Shown here piece by piece: positions 63,867 through 64,000 of a DNA stretch of 64,000 bases. The DNA lies in IMG/VR virus record IMGVR_UViG_3300010234_000007, positions 8,330 through 72,329 of that record. One strand, written 5' to 3'. A model generated the notes under the pieces. The model was not told the origin of the DNA and did not search any database. It worked only from the letters and a program-made list of their open reading frames with translations. Made by a program: the position numbers and the translations under genes. Position 1 is the first letter of the stretch. The number at the start of each line of letters is the position of its first letter. Origin of the DNA: a virus (taxonomy: Duplodnaviria; Caudoviricetes).

Positions 63867-63885
63867 CCGCATACTCCTATAGTTG

Positions 63886-64000
63886 GGGTGAGGGCCGGGC
63901 GCTACTCCGGCTGGTGACGGGCATTTGGGAAGGGCCTGCCTAGAATTGTCTGGGGCATCCCGTCGAGCCTTCACTCTGCGTGTCTGCTTTCCACGCCGCC
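63886..64000 (-). ncRNA. C4-antisense-like cloverleaf RNA, copy 2 (5' end cut by the window edge)
   Basis: GCGUG-GAAAGCAGA-CACGC and GCCGG-AGUAGCGC-CCGGC hairpins; internal GACGGG/CCCGUC arm. Confidence 0.72.

Noticed and set aside
1-64000. CRISPR array, integrase/att site, IS element, DGR reverse transcriptase, alternative genetic code
   Set aside because: No regular repeat-spacer pattern, recombinase, transposase or RT motifs seen; core genes are intact in the standard code

Overview
The window is most of a dsDNA tailed-phage genome with podovirus-like morphogenesis genes. The host is probably proteobacterial, possibly alphaproteobacterial (inference only). Positions 1-17.3 kb are mainly + strand early, replication and recombination genes: a sigma70-driven AAA+ ATPase / DUF3150-like / metallopeptidase-vWA trio, primase-helicase and RusA (both - strand), a PD-(D/E)XK exonuclease, ERF, SSB and an Nmad5-like gene. 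Positions 17.2-59.5 kb are a - strand late region: TerL, portal, GroES-like, scaffold, capsid, tail, GH108 endolysin, ejection proteins, a 3235-aa polyvalent protein, a metallophosphoesterase and spanins. It is interrupted by small cassettes with their own promoters. Positions 59.5-64 kb hold a LexA-like HTH gene, divergent promoters and a dense small-gene array. The three most notable observations are: (1) an unannotated family of about 15-20 highly diverged 53-90 aa paralogues sharing a Phi-x-L-x-x-x-G-x-L ... Phi-x-Phi-x-R signature, 13 of them in one coupled array at 61.1-63.9 kb and several missing from the ORF track; (2) two copies of a cloverleaf-like, C4-antisense-like RNA with a compensatory base-pair change, one directly upstream of that array; (3) a giant virion protein with two ADP-ribosyltransferase-like domains and a zincin domain, with modules separated by a repeated R-Y-[KSR]-[LF] motif. 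No integrase, DNA polymerase, tRNA, CRISPR array or clear small terminase was seen. All family assignments come from motif recognition by eye; no database searches were run.
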